Assembly: GCA_964644245.1 (NCBI GenBank)
Contig: CAZXUR010000002.1
Span: forward strand, 74,555 to 138,554
Length of the DNA: 64,000 bases
Direction: 5' to 3'
Source of the DNA: an uncultured archaeon
Lineage (GTDB): Archaea; Aenigmatarchaeota; Aenigmatarchaeia; CAZXUR01
In this document: piece after piece, positions 35,998 to 45,644 of the stretch
Layout of the letters: each line of letters opens with the position of its first letter
Position numbering within the stretch: the stretch's first letter is position 1
Position numbers and translations under genes: made by a program
Notes under the pieces: model-generated
The model's database searches: none
The model's input: the letters and a program-made list of their open reading frames with translations, nothing else
Told to the model about the DNA's origin: nothing

Positions 35998-38929
35998 ACT
36001 TCTTCTTCCCTTTCCCATAGCGGATTTTCTTGGCGTTGACCCCTTCTTTGATTTCCTTTTCCATTCCTATTTTTTCGGAAAGTGTGAGAACTATCTTGTC
36101 CTTGACTCTGAGTTTCTTCCTCTTCCTCTCTCTCTGCACTTTACGAATGAGTTCTCTGACCATCCTTTCCTTCTCCAAACCCTCGTCTTCGTCCATGTCC
36201 AATGCCACCACTCCTTTTGAGAACGTCTTGCCCTCCTTTTCAGCCTTCCTCTTGACCACCAAATCATCTGCCTTCAGTGTTACTTTTCCCAACTTCACTT
36301 TTTTGGGCGGCTTGTCAAAATCTTTTTTCTCCAGTTCCTTTTCCAGTTTCTTCACCTTCCTGCCGTACTTCTTCCCCACTGAGGAGTAGTCTAGTTTGAC
36401 TTCCACCTCTGCCTTAAGTTTCCCTTTCCTTACTTCCTTGACGTTGGCCATGTTTTTTACGACTTGTTCATACTTCTTGGGGTTCCATCCGGAGACTGTC
36501 AGTGCCTTGACCGGCCAGCGAAGTCTCAGGCCTTTCTCGTCCCTTATGGCGTTGGCAGCTTCCACCACATCCTGCACAACTTCCATATCCCTCTCCAGCT
36601 TCCGGTCCTGGTACTTCTTTTCTGCCTTCGGCCAGTCAGTCAGATGGATGGATTTTTTCTTCTCGTGTTCCTTGTAGAATTTCAGGTACAGGTCCTCGGT
36701 CACGAAGGGGAGCATGGGAGCTAGAAGCTGCAAGGCCTCAAAACTGACCTTATACAGTGTCCACAGGGCTGCTTTCTTGTCACTGCCTTTGTACCCAACC
36801 TTGACCCTTTCCCTCACTAATTGCCCGTACCAACGGGACATGTCGTTTAGCAGGAATTCTTCCATCACCTTTCCGGCCAGATGTGGCTTCAAATCTTCCA
36901 GATGCTGGATGACCTCTTCCTTAACCGTCTGAAGCCTGGACAGCATCCACCGGTCCTCCAGATTCAGTTTTGGTTTTCTTTTTGGTTTATAGTTGTTAGC
37001 GTTGGTGTAAGTCCGGACGAATTTTGCAAAGTTACATATTATGTTCAGTTTGTTCTTCACTTCCTTTGCCGGCCTGTAACCGAAATTCAGGCCTTTCCCT
37101 GGGTTCTGCCAGATGTACATCCACCTCATCACGTCCGCTCCCATCTTCTCCAGGCCTTCCTTTCCTGAAATCGCGTTTCCCCATGACTTGTGCATCTCCT
37201 TGCCTTCCTCGTCGCACACCACGCCGTGGGCCAAGACCGACTTGTAAGGAGGAGTGTCTTTGAGGACTGTAGACATCATCAGCATGGAGTAGAACCACAG
37301 TCTGACCTGCTCGTGCATCTCGGTCACAAAATCCGCGGGGAACCACTTCTTCCACTGTTTTCTATCCTCCAGATAGTTTAGTGTTGAGAAGGGGACTATG
37401 CCCGCGTCCAGCCAGCAGTCTCCCACGTCTTCCAACCTCTTCATTTCCTTCCCACACTCACAATTCAGTTTCACATTGTCTATCCAGGGTCTGTGCAACT
37501 CTTTCAGCCCCTTCATGCCTTTGACCGCTTCTTTCTTCAGTTCTTTCCTGCTTCCTATGATTTTCCTCTTCCCACACTCACACTCCCATATAGGCAGGGG
37601 CAGTCCCCAGTAACGTTTCCTGGATATGGACCAGTCCTTGAGGTTCTCCAGCCAGTCCAGCATCATGTCCTTTGTGAACGACGGTGAGAACTCGACTTTC
37701 CTGGCGTTCTTTATCAACCGCTTCTTGACTTTCTGACAGTTTATGTACCAGCCTTCTACAAGCCGGTATATGAGTGGATTGTCGCACCTCCAACAGTGCG
37801 GGTACCGGTGCTTGATATTTTCCTTCTTGAATAACTTTCCCTCTTTTTTCAGCCAATCGATTATCTTGGGATTGGCGTCGAAGACCGACTTGCCGCTCAG
37901 CCATCCCACCGACTGGTCGAACTTTCCTCCCTCATCAACCGGGCATGGTTTTGGCAGGTCCTTCTCCCTTCCCAGTTCATAGTCCTCCTGGCCGTGCCCG
38001 GGTGCTATGTGTACTAGGCCGGTTCCTTCCTCCCCGCTGACCAGGTCTTTGGACAGGACCACCTGCCGTTTTTCTTCCTTCAAAAGCAGGGGCATTATAG
38101 GTTCGTACTCCAGACCCTTCAGTTTTTTACCTTTGAACTCTTCCAGCACCACGTGTTCTCCCGCTACGTCTTCCAGACGGTCTTTGCAGATAATCAGGCT
38201 GTCTCCGTCCACGTCTACCTTCACGTAGTCCAATTCAGGGTTTACAGCCACCGCAACGTTGGCGGGCAGAGTCCACGGAGTGGTGGTCCACACCAGGAGA
38301 TACTCGTCCCTGCCTTTCACCTTCAACTTCAAATAAATGGAATCGTGCTCCACGTCCTTGTACCCTGAAATCAGTTCGTGTTGGGAAAGTGTGGTGCCGC
38401 ACCTCGGACACCAGGGGGCCGTTTTCTTGTCCTTGTACAGCCATCCCTTTTTCCAGCATTCCTTGAGGAAGTACCAGACGTGCTCTATGTTGTTATCGCT
38501 CATGGTCAGGTAGGGGTTGTCCCAGTCCATCCACATGCCCAGTTTCTTGGACAGCTCTATCCACACATCTACGAACTTCAGGACCCGTTTCCTGCACTTC
38601 TTGGAGAATTTCCCAATCCCGTACTTCTCTATGTCCTTCTTTGAGTTGAATCCCAATGCTTTCTCCACTTCCACCTCGACCCATAGGCCCTGGCAGTCGA
38701 ATCCGGGCTGTCTTCTTTCCCGGTAACCCCTCATGCCGTAGAACCGGAGATAGAGGTCTTTGTATGTACGTCCCCAGGCATGATGAACACCCATGGGATT
38801 GTTGGCAGTCGGGGGCCCGTCGTAGAACGAGAACTTCTTCCTCCCGCCCTTCTTCAGGGCCTTCTTAACTATGTTGTTCTTCTCCCAATATTTCAGGATT
38901 TTCCTCTCAATTTTCTTGTCGTACTGCAT
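35951..38929 (-). CDS. ileS: isoleucyl-tRNA synthetase
   Basis: 992 aa. Editing-domain signature VWTTTPWTLPANVAV, the HIGH-region variant PMGVHHAWG, KMSKS variant GKEMHKSWGN, and Zn-ribbon Cys pairs. Confidence 0.88.
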   Translation of the reverse strand: MQYDKKIERKILKYWEKNNIVKKALKKGGRKKFSFYDGPPTANNPMGVHHAWGRTYKDLYLRFYGMRGYRERRQPGFDCQGLWVEVEVEKALGFNSKKDIEKYGIGKFSKKCRKRVLKFVDVWIELSKKLGMWMDWDNPYLTMSDNNIEHVWYFLKECWKKGWLYKDKKTAPWCPRCGTTLSQHELISGYKDVEHDSIYLKLKVKGRDEYLLVWTTTPWTLPANVAVAVNPELDYVKVDVDGDSLIICKDRLEDVAGEHVVLEEFKGKKLKGLEYEPIMPLLLKEEKRQVVLSKDLVSGEEGTGLVHIAPGHGQEDYELGREKDLPKPCPVDEGGKFDQSVGWLSGKSVFDANPKIIDWLKKEGKLFKKENIKHRYPHCWRCDNPLIYRLVEGWYINCQKVKKRLIKNARKVEFSPSFTKDMMLDWLENLKDWSISRKRYWGLPLPIWECECGKRKIIGSRKELKKEAVKGMKGLKELHRPWIDNVKLNCECGKEMKRLEDVGDCWLDAGIVPFSTLNYLEDRKQWKKWFPADFVTEMHEQVRLWFYSMLMMSTVLKDTPPYKSVLAHGVVCDEEGKEMHKSWGNAISGKEGLEKMGADVMRWMYIWQNPGKGLNFGYRPAKEVKNKLNIICNFAKFVRTYTNANNYKPKRKPKLNLEDRWMLSRLQTVKEEVIQHLEDLKPHLAGKVMEEFLLNDMSRWYGQLVRERVKVGYKGSDKKAALWTLYKVSFEALQLLAPMLPFVTEDLYLKFYKEHEKKKSIHLTDWPKAEKKYQDRKLERDMEVVQDVVEAANAIRDEKGLRLRWPVKALTVSGWNPKKYEQVVKNMANVKEVRKGKLKAEVEVKLDYSSVGKKYGRKVKKLEKELEKKDFDKPPKKVKLGKVTLKADDLVVKRKAEKEGKTFSKGVVALDMDEDEGLEKERMVRELIRKVQRERKRKKLRVKDKIVLTLSEKIGMEKEIKEGVNAKKIRYGKGKKKFKFGDRSLTFSVKKS

Positions 38930-39114
38930 GATAACATTTAAACCTCCCTATTTTTATTGTTTTCAGTGGACCGGCTAGAAAAAGCGCGTCTACACGTAGA
39001 TCCGGTGTTCACCAGGCATAAGCCTCGAAAACAGTTTAACAGGAAAATATATAAGTATGAGAGTTTAACGGGAGCCTTGCGACCTTCTATCTTTTTATTT
39101 GGTGGCGACAAAAT

Positions 39115-40320
39115 ATGGTTATGAAAACACCCAGGGGCATGCGCGACCTGATGCCCGAAGACAAACGCAAGAAGGAATACATAATTTCTGTAATCAGGAG
39201 AGTGTTCGAGAACTACGGTTTCCGGCCCCTGGAGACACCGGCGGTGGAGAGTTACAAGACACTTTCAGCCAAGTTCGGCGGGGGCAAGGAGATAAAGAGG
39301 GAAATCTACCATTTCAAGGACAAAGGCGGCAGAGAACTGGGACTGAGGTTCGAACTGACCACTCCCCTGGCAAGAGTGGTGGCTTCCAATCCCAACCTTC
39401 CCAAACCATTCAAGAGATATCAGATAGGCAGGGCCTGGAGGTACGACCGACCTCAGGCCTCGCGCTACAGAGAGTTCACACAGGCTGACATAGACATATT
39501 AGGCACGGACTCCGTACAGGCAGACCTGGAATGCCTCCAGGTGACCGTGGACCTGTTCAAGGAACTGGGACTCAAACCGCTGATACGAATAAACAACCGC
39601 AAGATACTGGAAGGACTTGCACTGGACTGCAACATACCCAAGTCTAAAGTGCAAGACCTGTTCCGCTCCATAGACAAACTGGATAAAATCGGGTGGAAAG
39701 GAGTGAAGAAGGAGATGAAGAAGAGGAACGTGGAGTCAAAGAAGTTCCTTTCAGTGATAAAGAAGAACGAACTTCCTGACATGTCATTTGAAGTGGGTCA
39801 GAAGGGCAAGGAGGAGCTGGAAGAGCTGGTCAGACTTGCCAAGAAGGCCAGTATCAACCGTTACTTGAAGACGGACCTGTCACTGGTCCGCGGGCTTGAC
39901 TATTACACCGGACTGGTGTTCGAGATAAAGGGAGACAAGTGGTCCTGCGGGGGAGGAGGCCGTTACGATGAACTGGTGGAAAACTTTGGCGGAGAGCATA
40001 CGCCCGCGGTGGGAATATCCTACGGAGTGGACAGGCTGATGGAGATGGTCAAGGAAGTGCCTGATAGAGAGCTTTACTACGTGGCTGTGGTAGGTGACGT
40101 GAGGGACCGGGCAATCAAAATCGCCAAAAAACTGAGGAAGGAGGCACCAACCATGCTCAACCTGAAGAAGAAGAGCCTTTCCTCCCAGTTGCGCTACGCC
40201 TCAAAGATGGGAGCCAGCAAGGTGGCCATAGTGGGAGAAAAGGATTTGAAAAAGAAGAAAATAACTATCAGAGACATGGATTCGGGAAAGGAGAAGAAAA
40301 AGAAGATAAGTGATTTATAG
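39115..40320 (+). CDS. hisS: histidyl-tRNA synthetase
   Basis: 401 aa. PRGMRDLMPED, class II motifs (RYDRPQASRYREFTQ, GGGRYD). Confidence 0.92.
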   Translation: MVMKTPRGMRDLMPEDKRKKEYIISVIRRVFENYGFRPLETPAVESYKTLSAKFGGGKEIKREIYHFKDKGGRELGLRFELTTPLARVVASNPNLPKPFKRYQIGRAWRYDRPQASRYREFTQADIDILGTDSVQADLECLQVTVDLFKELGLKPLIRINNRKILEGLALDCNIPKSKVQDLFRSIDKLDKIGWKGVKKEMKKRNVESKKFLSVIKKNELPDMSFEVGQKGKEELEELVRLAKKASINRYLKTDLSLVRGLDYYTGLVFEIKGDKWSCGGGGRYDELVENFGGEHTPAVGISYGVDRLMEMVKEVPDRELYYVAVVGDVRDRAIKIAKKLRKEAPTMLNLKKKSLSSQLRYASKMGASKVAIVGEKDLKKKKITIRDMDSGKEKKKKISDL

Positions 40321-40355
40321 AAGGAGATGACTGACCGGATGCTGTCAATACTGCT

Positions 40356-40463
40356 CTAGAGGGAGAATTTGTTGTCTTCAAACACGAAGCCGCACTTCTT
40401 ACAGTAGTGGCTTCCGTCTCCATCCAGACCGATTTTGTCTGATTTGCATTCGGGACAGTTCAT
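40356..40463 (-). CDS. 35-aa zinc-ribbon miniprotein (below the ORF-track cutoff)
   Basis: Minus-strand translation reads MNCPECKSDKIGLDGDGSHYCKKCGFVFEDNKFSL*, with CPxC...CxxC. It fills an otherwise empty 200-bp gap. Confidence 0.5.
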   Translation of the reverse strand: MNCPECKSDKIGLDGDGSHYCKKCGFVFEDNKFSL

Positions 40464-40542
40464 GTTATCACTGTAATCAGGTTAAACAAAGCCTTTTTAA
40501 ATCTTTCCCCAAGTATATATACAATTGACGAAATGTCATCAT

Positions 40543-42381
40543 ATGAAAAAAGAGAATAAGAGAATGAAAAACAAAGGTAAGAAAAAGTCTTCTCAGCGAC
40601 TTTCCAAAAGGATTACACCCGACACATCTGTCCTCATAGATAGGAAGTTGTCTGAGATGATAGACAGTGGAGAACTGAAAGACGTAGAGATAATTATACC
40701 CGAGATGGTTGTTGATGAATTACAGTCGCAGGCTTCCACCGGCAGGGACACCGGATTCATAGGCCTGGAGGAGATAAAGGCTTTGAGGTCCAAGAAACAG
40801 GCCGAGGTCAACTTCACCGGCAGAAAACCCACCATGGAAGAAATCCGGCTGGCCAGGAAAGGGCGTATAGACGCCCTGATAAGGGATGCGGCCAAGAAGC
40901 ACAACGCCGTGTTGTATACGGAAGACTACGTCCAGGCACTGGTGGCCGAGGCCAAGGGAATAGAAGTTGTTCATATACCTACTGAGAAAAAGGCGAAAAT
41001 ATCAGTGGTCAAGAAGTATTTTTCCAAGGATATAATGTCACTGCACATGAAGACAGGTACCAAACCATACGTGAAGAAAGGAAGGCCCGGGGACATAGAA
41101 CTCAAGACCGTGGACAAGAAGATGTCTGCCAAGAAGGTGGAGAAGGTGGCCAAGGAAATAACCGAGGTCGCGCACAACCGTGACGACGCCTTCACCGAAA
41201 TCAACAAGAAGGGCGCCAAGGTCATACAGATAGGCGACCTGAGGATTGCCATAACCAGACCTCCCTTCTCGGACGCACTGGAGATAACCATCGTAAAGCC
41301 GATTGTGAGACTTGACCTGGAAGACTACGAATTCTCGGACAAACTAAAGAAAAGGTTCAAGGAAAAGGCAGAAGGCATACTGATATCCGGGCCACCCGGA
41401 CACGGGAAAACCACACTGGCTTCAGCACTGGCCAGATTCTATCTCAAGCAGGGAAAGGTTGTAAAAACCTTCGAACAGCCCCGCGACCTGCAGGTAGGAC
41501 CGGAAATCACCCAGTACGGACCTTTGGACGGTGATTTCGTGAAGTCCAGCGAAGTGCTGCTCCTGGCACGTCCTGATTACACCATTTACGACGAATTGAG
41601 GAAGACAAAGGACTTCGGAGTCTTCTCGGACATGAGACTTTCCGGAGTGGGCATGGTTGGTGTGGTTCACGCAACCGGCGCGGTGGACGCCATACAGAGG
41701 TTCGTCAATCGCATAGAACTGGGAATGATACCACACGTCATAGACACGGTCGTCTATGTCAGGGACGGAGAAGTGGACAAGGTCTATGAACTGTCGCTGA
41801 TAGTTAGAGTGCCTACCGGAATGACAGAGCAGGACCTGGCAAGACCTTTGGTGGAGATAAAGGATTTCGAGACCGGGACACTGGAGTATGAGATATACTC
41901 CTTTGGAGAGGAAACTGTGGTGGTCCCTGTGGAGGAAAAGGAAACCGCCAAGGACAAACTGGCAAAACAACGGGTCATGCAGGTGATACGAAAGTACGAC
42001 AAGGATGCCGAGGTCAAAATCAGGGGCTCGAACGCAACCATAAAAGTGGAAAGCAAAGTGATACCAAGGATAATCGGAAAGAAGGGAAAGAGGGTCAAGG
42101 AGTTGGAGAACAAACTCGGCCTTCGTATAGACGTGCAGCCCAGGGAGGCTACTTTGGAACAGGAAGTCGAATTCAAGAACAAGGAGACAGGCAGACACCT
42201 GGTGTTCTCCTTTGACAAAGAGTTGAAAGGCAATGATGCCTCTTTTTACATAGACGACGACTACGTGTTCTCAGCCTTGATAGGAAAAAACGGCCAGATA
42301 AAGATATCCAAGAACAGCGACTTGGGAAAGAAACTGCTCAGTGCCCTTGCCTCAAACAGGCGCATAAAAGTGTTCGTTTAA
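40543..42381 (+). CDS. PIN-domain / PilT-type ATPase / KH-domain protein (COG1855-like)
   Basis: N-terminal PIN-like region (ITPDTSVLIDRKL...), Walker A ISGPPGHGKTTLA, and C-terminal KH (RIIGKKGKRVKELE). I prefer the ATG at 40543 over the TTG at 40525. Confidence 0.75.
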   Translation: MKKENKRMKNKGKKKSSQRLSKRITPDTSVLIDRKLSEMIDSGELKDVEIIIPEMVVDELQSQASTGRDTGFIGLEEIKALRSKKQAEVNFTGRKPTMEEIRLARKGRIDALIRDAAKKHNAVLYTEDYVQALVAEAKGIEVVHIPTEKKAKISVVKKYFSKDIMSLHMKTGTKPYVKKGRPGDIELKTVDKKMSAKKVEKVAKEITEVAHNRDDAFTEINKKGAKVIQIGDLRIAITRPPFSDALEITIVKPIVRLDLEDYEFSDKLKKRFKEKAEGILISGPPGHGKTTLASALARFYLKQGKVVKTFEQPRDLQVGPEITQYGPLDGDFVKSSEVLLLARPDYTIYDELRKTKDFGVFSDMRLSGVGMVGVVHATGAVDAIQRFVNRIELGMIPHVIDTVVYVRDGEVDKVYELSLIVRVPTGMTEQDLARPLVEIKDFETGTLEYEIYSFGEETVVVPVEEKETAKDKLAKQRVMQVIRKYDKDAEVKIRGSNATIKVESKVIPRIIGKKGKRVKELENKLGLRIDVQPREATLEQEVEFKNKETGRHLVFSFDKELKGNDASFYIDDDYVFSALIGKNGQIKISKNSDLGKKLLSALASNRRIKVFV

Positions 42382-42414
42382 AGCTTAAAAACAATCTCCT
42401 GTTTATATGCTTAT

Positions 42415-42517
42415 GGGCCTGTAGCTCAGTCTGGATAGAGCGGTACATTTTCAAGCCGAACCTCCTATCCCTGAGGGAGATAGGTAAAGGTCGTGGGTTC
42501 GAATCCCACCAGGCCCG
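42415..42517 (+). tRNA. tRNA-Arg(CCU) with two 14-nt introns (anticodon stem 30/31 and 37/38)
   Basis: GGGCCUG-UA-GCUC-AGUCUGGAUA-GAGC-G-GUAC[42447-42460]C-CU-CCU-A[42468-42481]A-GGUAA-AGGUC-GUGGG-UUCGAAU-CCCAC-CAGGCCC-G. Both introns satisfy the 3-nt bulge / 4-bp helix geometry. Caveat: there is a G27-A43 mismatch. Confidence 0.75.
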
Positions 42518-42573
42518 TGTCTTTTTCAATCACCTTTAAATTTGTATTCTTCAAATATTAGCAAGGGTTTGTT

Positions 42574-44832
42574 ATGGAGAAAAGTCTGTGTCTGATTATC
42601 GCTTTTTTACTGCTGTCAGTGGCCGTATTCGGTGATAGCATAGATACAATTTCGTTCAACCACACGACCAGTAACTCTTTCATATCTGGCGATTATACGT
42701 TCAACATAACCACCAACGCCACTGATGTCTCCATCTATTACTACAATTCGTCAATGAACGCCACTTTGTTTGGCTCCAATTCCACACACGAAAACCAGAC
42801 CCTCTACTATAGCGACACCACTAAAATCACGGACGATGTTTACACTTTCATTGCCTACGGATTCAACTCCAGTAACGCGTCGAACAATGTGTCCGCAACC
42901 ATAACCAATGTAACCATAGACAACCAGCCTCCCAGCACGCCTGTACTTCTGACCCCGGCCAATGGTTCCAGCAGTTCGGACCATACTCCTACTTTTAGTT
43001 GGTCTGCCACGGATAACACATCAGGAATAGAACGTTATTTCCTCTATCTTGAGTATATGAACGCCTCCGGTGAACAGTGCAGCGGAACCCTAAATTTCAC
43101 CTCCGACACTGTTACTGCCCCCGGTGCGCTCAATGCCACATACTACTGGAAAGTTAGAGCCAGGGACAACGCAGGCAACAGCGGGTCCTGGTCAAACGTC
43201 TTGCAGTTTACCGTGACTCATCTGCCTCAATTCCAAGTACTCAATAGTAGCTTGGAACTGTTTCCAGAATCAACCCAAACATTAAACATCTCGATCTTCG
43301 ACGAGTATGCTTATCCCATATATGACCTTAACTCGAGTAATGTGCGTTCACTTACCTTGACCCATAACGAAACGGGAGAAGAACTGTCGATAAACAACTT
43401 CTCATTAACCAACTCCTCGGACTTTTATTTGCTGTCCTTTTATCTGCCTGATATAGTTGGTGGACAGTTCGAACTTGACCTGGCGTTGAATGAGACCAAC
43501 AGTTCTGACATTGCTCACGGCAAAAGGAACGTCACTGTGAACAAGAGTTATCTGACCTATTCAGAATCAAGTTGGCCATCTTCTTTGACAGTGGACGGTT
43601 CCAGCACTACCTGGACGCTTACCGTCACCAACCATGGTCTGAACGAGACAAACGTAACCATAGAAAGGTCATTCTCTGACGACGGCTATATGACTTTGAC
43701 CCCTTCCAGTGTCAACCTAAACCTTCCTGCCGGTAATTCAACTGATGTCGTATACACCCTCACTCCCGGAAACAGTGATTACGATAATTTGGAAGTGACC
43801 TTCACTTTGAACGGGGGTAAGTGGTGGATGAACGATACTTCTGAGACAATTTCAAAAACCATAGACATCAACGCTGCTGATTCTGACGACGGAGACACAG
43901 GAGATACTACTTCAGGAAATGATGAGGGAGATACCACACCTCAAAAGACGTACGAAGCCTCTTTGGATACAGAACTGAGCGAGGACGAACTGGAACTGCT
44001 TCCGGGTGAGCAGGGAAGTGTTCTTCTGACTCTAGAGAACTACGGTGACTATACTCTGGAAGACATACAAGTGTCTTTGCCCGAAGTCAATGAAAGCTGG
44101 TACTCCTTGTCTGACAATAAAGTAGACCTGGAGCCACAAATGTATTCGGGAGTAAAGTACTGGGACAACATAAACATAACTTTTGACATACCCGAAGACG
44201 CAGAACCAGGCGTTTACGAGGGGATAGAGATAGAGGCAAAGTACATAGACGGTGACTACATAGATGAAGTGGGCTTTACCCTGGAGGTCTCACTCACCCC
44301 AGAACAGATAGATGAATTGTCAGGCAACTACGAGTCTCTTCTGGCTGAGTATCAGGAACTCCTGGACGAGATAGAAAGGAAAGAGGCTGCGGGTGAGGAT
44401 GTCTCTGAACTGAAGGAAGAACTGGACGAGGTCAAGGAACTGCTGGACGATGCCAAGACCGCCCTGGATAATGAAGACTATATAACCGCTTATGCAAGCA
44501 TGAGGGATGCCGACCCTCTGCTGGAGGAGACTTCCACGAAGATAGGAGAGATACTGGCTGCTGGCCCGCCTTCCTATTTACTTTGGCTGATAACGGGAAT
44601 AATCCTGTTCGGAGGCGCGGGCTTCGGATACTTCTACTTCCTTGGATCCAAGAAGACTCGTTGGAGTTTTGGTGGCGGTTATTCAAAGTCTGACAAGTTC
44701 AAGTCTTTGAAGGTATACATAAACAAGTTAATCCGTACTATGAAGGCTAAGAGGACCAAGAATAACAAACAGTCTTCTTTCGGCAAAAAGTACAAGAAAC
44801 CCTGGTGGAAATTCTGGAAAAGAAAGAAATAG
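42574..44832 (+). CDS. large secreted surface (S-layer/adhesin-like) glycoprotein candidate
   Basis: 752 aa. Signal peptide (CLIIAFLLLSVAVFG), an FN3-like module (PPSTPVLLTPANGS...TFSWSATDN...YYWKVRARDNAGNSGSWS), about 30 N-x-S/T sequons by eye, an acidic coiled region, a C-terminal TM helix and a Lys-rich tail. Confidence 0.65.
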   Translation: MEKSLCLIIAFLLLSVAVFGDSIDTISFNHTTSNSFISGDYTFNITTNATDVSIYYYNSSMNATLFGSNSTHENQTLYYSDTTKITDDVYTFIAYGFNSSNASNNVSATITNVTIDNQPPSTPVLLTPANGSSSSDHTPTFSWSATDNTSGIERYFLYLEYMNASGEQCSGTLNFTSDTVTAPGALNATYYWKVRARDNAGNSGSWSNVLQFTVTHLPQFQVLNSSLELFPESTQTLNISIFDEYAYPIYDLNSSNVRSLTLTHNETGEELSINNFSLTNSSDFYLLSFYLPDIVGGQFELDLALNETNSSDIAHGKRNVTVNKSYLTYSESSWPSSLTVDGSSTTWTLTVTNHGLNETNVTIERSFSDDGYMTLTPSSVNLNLPAGNSTDVVYTLTPGNSDYDNLEVTFTLNGGKWWMNDTSETISKTIDINAADSDDGDTGDTTSGNDEGDTTPQKTYEASLDTELSEDELELLPGEQGSVLLTLENYGDYTLEDIQVSLPEVNESWYSLSDNKVDLEPQMYSGVKYWDNINITFDIPEDAEPGVYEGIEIEAKYIDGDYIDEVGFTLEVSLTPEQIDELSGNYESLLAEYQELLDEIERKEAAGEDVSELKEELDEVKELLDDAKTALDNEDYITAYASMRDADPLLEETSTKIGEILAAGPPSYLLWLITGIILFGGAGFGYFYFLGSKKTRWSFGGGYSKSDKFKSLKVYINKLIRTMKAKRTKNNKQSSFGKKYKKPWWKFWKRKK

Positions 44833-45644
44833 GGACTGTGTCTGCGGTCCTGTCCTCGTTGTGCTTTCTGGCCGGTTTTTTGATATTCTATTTTGGAAAC
44901 GTGTCAGTGGCTTCTGGAGTAGAGATGTTCACAGGTTTTTTCGGATTTGCCTTCAGTGAGGCGTCCGTTAACATGGAGCCGTTTGTCAATTTTTCCCTGG
45001 GTATGGTGCTTTTGACTGCAGGACTGGCATTTGCGTCTGTCATAGGACTTTACTACGATGACTGGAGGCTTCCTCTGGTTGCTTCCGGCGTCCCCGCCTT
45101 GATAGCCCTTTTCCTGTTCAACTTTTCCACGGCTGCTTTCTTACTCTCATTGGGCATGATAGTTTTCTCCGTGAGGAACACCATCATGTCCTACGCACGT
45201 TACCAGGAACTGGAAAAATTCAGTGAATATAGGGTAGGCTCCAATACAGTGGGAAAGGCACTGGTCTGGGTCATACTTCTTCTTGCCCTGGGTCTGTTCC
45301 TATCCATCGCTTCCAATCCCAGGCACGAGGAAGTCTTTACCCAGGAATTTGAGGGAGTGATAATCGACATGGCAAAGGAAAACATGATGAGCAAATGCAT
45401 GGAGACTGCCAACCAACAGTACTGTCAGGCATTGGTGGACCAGGTTGACGAAGAACAACTGGGCATAGGAGAACTGCCAATCATGTCCCAGGTAGGAAAA
45501 CTGCTTCCCTTCCTGTTGGTACTGAGTTTCGTAGGAACCATGTCCTTCCTAAAGTTGTTCCTGTCCATAGTTGCCGGACTGACCACGCTATTGATGATAA
45601 AAATATTCTCAACAAGTCCCGCTGGCACCCGAAGAAGAGGATAA
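44805..45644 (+). CDS. polytopic membrane protein
   Basis: 279 aa, 5-6 TM segments. An alternative GTG start at 44838 would avoid overlap with the upstream gene. Confidence 0.5.
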   Translation: MEILEKKEIGTVSAVLSSLCFLAGFLIFYFGNVSVASGVEMFTGFFGFAFSEASVNMEPFVNFSLGMVLLTAGLAFASVIGLYYDDWRLPLVASGVPALIALFLFNFSTAAFLLSLGMIVFSVRNTIMSYARYQELEKFSEYRVGSNTVGKALVWVILLLALGLFLSIASNPRHEEVFTQEFEGVIIDMAKENMMSKCMETANQQYCQALVDQVDEEQLGIGELPIMSQVGKLLPFLLVLSFVGTMSFLKLFLSIVAGLTTLLMIKIFSTSPAGTRRRG

